Made by a program: the position numbers and the translations under genes
Notes under the pieces: generated by a model
What the model was told of the DNA's origin: nothing
What the model saw: only the letters and a program-made list of their open reading frames with translations
The model's database searches: none
DNA from: the human T2T-CHM13v2.0 reference genome, Homo sapiens
Assembly (NCBI RefSeq): GCF_009914755.1
Contig: NC_060933.1
DNA: 64,000 bases
Direction: 5' to 3' (one strand)
Shown: positions 58,167 through 64,000 of the stretch, in pieces
Position numbering within the stretch: position 1 is the first letter of the stretch
Layout of the letters: every line of letters begins with the position of its first letter

Positions 58167-58329
58167 GACTCTTTCTGTCTCTTTCTCTGAATATTTCTGT
58201 CTATTTCTCTCTCTCTCTCTGTCTATCTCTGTCACTGGGTATGCTTCTATCTCTCTTTCTGTCTCCCTCTCTGTCTCTGTGAGTGCTTCTCTCAGTGTGT
58301 CTCTCTCTGTCTCTTGCTCCTCTCTCTCC
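58124..58329. repeat. (TC)n microsatellite (perfect 58124-58158) with a degenerate CT-rich extension
   Basis: Directly visible; source of the ER/SL-rich spurious ORFs. Confidence 0.95.
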
Positions 58330-59860
58330 AGTTGACATCTGCCTAACATGGCTACCACCTCCCCAGCAGCCCTGGGGAACCAGCCTTTGCTAAGTGCTCC
58401 TCACTCCCTCCTTGATGTAATCATGACAGAAAGACGGCCCAGAGGAGAAAGTGAGGCACCAGTGTGACTGTCTGGGGCTTCTGGTCCCAACTCTGTGACC
58501 TAAGGCAAGTCACTCCCCTTCTTGCCAATGATCTCTTCTATAAACTGACAGCTTTAGTTTAGGCCTGGCCTGACTTTTCTTTTAAAAAATAGTTATAAAA
58601 AAGGAAAAAGAGAAAACATTCAATAAGAACATAAGTTGGTGGGGAAAAGTGAAGTGAAGTGTTCTAAGATCTTTATACTGCCTGTAATGAGCATACATAT
58701 ATTAAGTTTAAAATTTTAGAAGTTATATATTTTCAATTTTGAGGGTAAATATTAAAAGAATAGAAACATTATAACTCCCTAGCAAAAGGAAAACAGAAAT
58801 AATAAAAATAGACAAACCCAAAAGAAGGTAATAAAAGAAACCTGTAAGAAGCAAGGCAAATATAAGCACAAAATAAAATTTTAACCCCCCACCCCTGCCC
58901 CAGAAAAAATTTATTAGGCCTTGTGCCCATGGAACCAAGATTTGAGGGAGATTTATAAAATTAAACATAGTTTAAGAAGGGATAATTAAACATAATAAAA
59001 ACAAGATCATTAAGTACAGCCCAGAAAGAGAGATTTGCAGGCAGGTAACAGGATGATCTCAGAGGTCTTGTCTAGCTCTAAAATTCTATTATTTTAATTC
59101 TGGGCTGTAAAATGCCAACATTTACCCAAGTCAATAAACATCAAGAGACTGATATTTCATCGGAATCCAAGTCTGATTTTTCAATATTGATTTTTGTGAA
59201 GTCAATTTTGGTTAAAGTGCCTTTTTAAATTGGTGCTCCTGTGGTGTCAAATGTCAACATTTATTTTTCCAGAACTCTCCTTCCTGTGGGGACTCTGGTC
59301 AGCAAATGAAGCTTTTGATACTTGGAGTTCCTTGTTTTTCTTGCTTCTGATTGAGGGCCCTGATTAATAGTGTATGATGTTTTTCACTGAGCCTTTAGGG
59401 TTTCCATTGGGATATAAAAAGTAATTTCTGTATGCACCTCCATCATGAAAAAGCCAGGTGAGGAAGGGTCGCAGTGTGGGGGAGAAAGGAGGGTTCATCT
59501 GTGGTCTAGCTGAGCTTCCCAAGCTTCACGCATGCCTGCATATGAACCCCAGCTCACCACTCACCTGCTGTGTGGCCTTGTGCAGGTCACTTACCCTCTC
59601 TGTGCTGTGTTGGGTCATTGGCAAAATGGACTTAACACCTGTCTTACAGAGAGGCTGTGAGAAACCCGTGAGATAGTACATGTGGATGTCTGGCCCAGAG
59701 CCTGGCCCACAGGAGGCAGTCAGCAAATGCCAATTCTCCCAAACCCCTTGATTTATTTTCTCTGTACTGCTACATTTTATTTTTTCAAATCTACAGTAAA
59801 GCTGAAGGGATAGTACAATTAATACTCATATACCTGTTGTCTTTTCACCAATCACTAATA

Positions 59861-59863
<3 letters not shown>

Positions 59864-59897
<34 letters not shown>
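59864..59897. repeat. (TC)n microsatellite
   Basis: Directly visible. Confidence 0.9.
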
Positions 59898-61729
59898 CCC
59901 GCTCCCAGCCCTGAATTATTTGTGTGTAGCTTGCAAAGATAAGACCACCTCACCTCTAATATCAGGGATTATCACCTAACGTTAAGGACCGTCTCCTACA
60001 TACATTACCACTCTACACCTTTAAAAAGAAATATTTTAAAATAATCTTATTTAAAATAAAATCAATACTTTAAATTTCCCAGTTGTTCCAAAAATGTATT
60101 TATGGGTTGTTTTAAATCCTAGATTTAAAAAGAAATTCACACATTACATTTGGTTGTCAATGTCTCTTTGCCAACCCACCCTTTATTTTTTAAATGGTAT
60201 TCCTCCAAAGCAAGCAGGGGACAAAAGAATAGCTGATAACTGGGTAGCAGAAGAGGTAAGAAGGAACTCTGGGAATTAGGTTTTGAATCTTCTTTGAGGC
60301 ATTGGGTCCGGGTAACCTTGAGCTTCATGCTTCCTTTCTGCAGATGTTTTCATTATCTGTAATTGACGGCTTGCCCTGGCCCATCTCAGCACCTATTATT
60401 GCTCCGGTGGAGGGAGTTGAGGCTCAGAGGCTTTTGGAGTCACACAGAGCCCAGTCTGAATCCCACTTCGCTATCTGCGGGGCCCTCAGCAAACTACCTT
60501 CCACCTCTGAGTCTCAGTTTCCTTAGCTACAAAATGGGTGCACTAGTATTTGTGCCTACCTCCTAAAGCCATCATGAGAATTAAACATGTGAAACACTAG
60601 GCACAACGGCAGGCACAGCAATGGCTCAGTGGGGGAAAAAAAAGCTATTATTGTTATTAATGTTGCAGGAATTATAGACTCTACAGTCAAAGCTCTTATC
60701 TGCGCAGCAATTACCCTTGGCTTATAAAGAGCCCTTCACAATTTATGAAGCACTTTCTCCATTATCTCCTGTTGAAGGCATGGCAGTCCAGGGAAGTGGG
60801 CCACGTGGGGACAATTATCCCCACCTTAGAGAGGGGACTCAAGGCTCAGAGAGGTTGAACAGCTTGGCCGAGGTTACAGCTGGTTACAGAAGGAACCAGG
60901 ACTTGCGGAGTGAAGCAGGGGCACCACTGCCATCCCACCCTCCAGTTCCAAGTTCTTGTTCTGTATCCATGGCATCCACATCGTGTGGTTCTCCATCCAT
61001 TCTTGCCTTGAGAACACATATCCTGTCTTATTTCAGTCTGGACAGACTTTGTGACTCTGCTTCTCAGAGCCCCTGTCCCCTACCACAGATGGAATATGAT
61101 TCCTCCACCTCGTCAGTCAGCTAGTGTTCACAGAGCGCAAAACAGAAAGGCATGCTGTGAACTGCGACGCATTCTGCAGACTGAAAGCAGCCACTGCTGC
61201 TATCAGACTCTGTGGGCCTACTAAGGGCTCCTTCAGGAAAAACATGCTCCTTTACAACGGGAGCCAAATAATTAGCCCAGAAAATTAAGGTCCCTTCTCC
61301 CAGGCCTCATTTCTGAATCATAAACTGCAAGAATCAAAGTCATTTTGAAAAATGGCTTTTTATTTGTCATGATTTTCATTTCCTCAAAGAGAAGGCATAT
61401 TGTACTAGGCAAAAATCAATGCTTCCCTGTAATAATGTGCCTACAGATATCCGGTGCTGAAAGCCTCATGCAGAAGGAATGGAAGTGTATCTATACAATA
61501 TATCAGTCACATCAAGAATCTGAAAATCAATTCTTTATGGGCTTGCATGAAAAATGCACAATTTTTTAATCAAAATACAAAACAACTGACTATAAGATTT
61601 TAAGACCGAAAAAAAAATGTGTCTTGCCACCAAAAAAAATGGTCTTTAGGCATCCCAACTAAAAATGCATTCTTTTAATGACCCAAATATTATAATTATC
61701 AGAGCATCCTCTACTTAAGAACCTGGTGA

Positions 61730-62061
<332 letters not shown>

Positions 62062-62464
62062 AACTCCCATATTTTATAACTACCAAACAGAAACCCCCAG
62101 TCATGATAGAAAAGAAGGAAAGCAATAAATGTTTGTTCAGCTAGCTATGTACTGCAGTCTAGGCAAGTTTCAAGAGAAGCAAGAGTGATTAAGACCCACA
62201 CCTGTCCTCAGGATGCTCAGAGTCAGACTGTATGTCAGACCATGGCACTCCTCAGCTCAAAACCTTCCTGTGGTGCCCTGTCTCGCTTGGAGTCAAAGCC
62301 AAAGTCCTTGCAGTGCCCCCCCAGCCCCATGTGGCCTGCCCTGGGGTGGTACTCTTTGATGTCACCTCTTTTTCTTTTCACAGTGGTGAGGCAGGTACTT
62401 GTATTAATTTCCTGTGGCAGCTGAGACAAATCACTGCAAACTTAGTGGCTTCAATAACACAGAG

Positions 62465-62770
62465 ACAAACACAGAAGAGTCTTAGGGCAATGGAGATACT
62501 CCATACAATTCTGTAATGGTGGCTATGTATCATTACGTATTTGTCCAAACCCACAGAATGTACAACACTATGGACTCTGGGTGATGACGCTGTGTCAATG
62601 TCGGTTCATCGACTGGAACAAATGGACCACTCTGGTGGGGATGTTGATAATGGGGGAGGCTGTGCATGTGTGGGAGGCAAAGAGTATGTGGGAAATTTCC
62701 CTACTTTCCTCTCATTTTTGTTGTGAACATAAAACTGCTCTAAAAATTTATTTTTAAAATAAAGTCTTCA
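62465..62770 (+). mobile_element. L1MC/L1MD-like 3' end fragment
   Basis: tttgtccaaacccacagaatgtacaacac...gggatgttgataatgggggaggctgtgcatgtgtggg...taaaactgctctaaaaa. Confidence 0.85.
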
Positions 62771-63079
<309 letters not shown>

Positions 63080-64000
63080 TTAAAAAACATACAAAAACGC
63101 ATAATTGTCTTACAGTTTTGAAGGCCAGAATCCAAAATGGATCTCACTGGGCTAAAATCCAGTTGTCAGCAGGGCAGCATTCCTTCTACAGCCACTAAGG
63201 AAGAACCCATTCTCTCGCATTTCCTACCTTCTAGAGGCCACCTGTAATCCTTGGCTCATGGCCCCTTCCTCCATTTTCAAAGCCAGCAGTGCAGCACCTT
63301 CTAATCTCTCTTTGACCCGTCTTCTGTTGTCACAGCTCCTTCTCTGCCTCTGACCCATCTGCCTCCCTTCTAAGATCCCTGTGTTACTTTCAGACCCACC
63401 TGGATAATCCAGGATAGTCTCCCATCTCTAGATCCTTAACTTAATCCCATCTGTCCTATGTAGAAAGTAAGATAGCCGCAGGTTCTGCCATGAGAACATG
63501 GACATCTCTGGGGGCCATTTTTCTGCCTACCACAGTCTTCTTCATATCCATTTTTCAGATGGGGAACCTGAGGCACAGGGCAGCTCAGTAACTTCTCAGG
63601 TCTCACATGGGGCAAGTGGCTGAGCTGGGATTCAAAGGCACAGTCAAACTGCAGAGCCCAAGCCCTCCGTCTGTCCTGTGAGGTCACCTGGCAGGTGCAG
63701 AGATGTTTGAGCCTCTCCATTTGGCTGGAGAGCCAAGGACAGTAAGGAGGGCAAGGCAAGGGAGGTCAATGGCAGTGGTCCTGGGCACTGTGGAGGGGCT
63801 GGACCAGGTCCTGAGGGGTGTGCAATGTGAGCCCCACGAAGATCTGGCCTCCCCTTGGACTCACAGGCAGCGTGCACAGGAAGGCAAGCAGCAGACAGGG
63901 CCAGGGCCTACAAGTCTCAGCACAAGGATGCAGGCCAAGCAGACACCATGACCTCACAGCCTCAGTGGGTCCTGTGGACCTGCCTAGAGAACTTGGCCCC

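Noticed and set aside
58044-58358. ER-repeat and SL-repeat ORFs
   Set aside because: Translations of the (TC)n/(GA)n tract.

Overview
This is human-type (primate) genomic DNA, not microbial. The window lies inside GABBR2 (GABA-B receptor subunit 2), which is on the minus strand. The only real coding sequence is a 138-nt, phase 0-0 exon at 17921-18058 (CDNAKGLK...QGWNLVQ, exon 2 from recalled gene structure). On that numbering 18059-64000 is intron 1 and 1-17920 is intron 2. Intron 1 holds a ~2.3 kb processed SEPTIN7 pseudogene on the + strand (46466-48780) with a polyA signal, a polyA remnant and a target-site duplication. It appears to be a copy of a non-canonical splice isoform: 114 nt are added at the first exon junction and the P-loop-coding segment is cleanly missing. 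The rest is about 17 Alus, L1, L2, MIR, MaLR LTRs, DNA-transposon relics and microsatellites, several of them nested. Nearly all ORFs in the supplied track are repeat-derived or chance ORFs. I found no evidence for a wholly new biological system. The best leads are the fossil SEPTIN7 isoform, a ~400-nt YCAY (NOVA-type) array downstream of exon 2, an exonic AATAAA overlapping a wobble position, and a spacer-less inverted nested Alu pair. Gene, exon and repeat-subfamily names come from recall, not from database searches.
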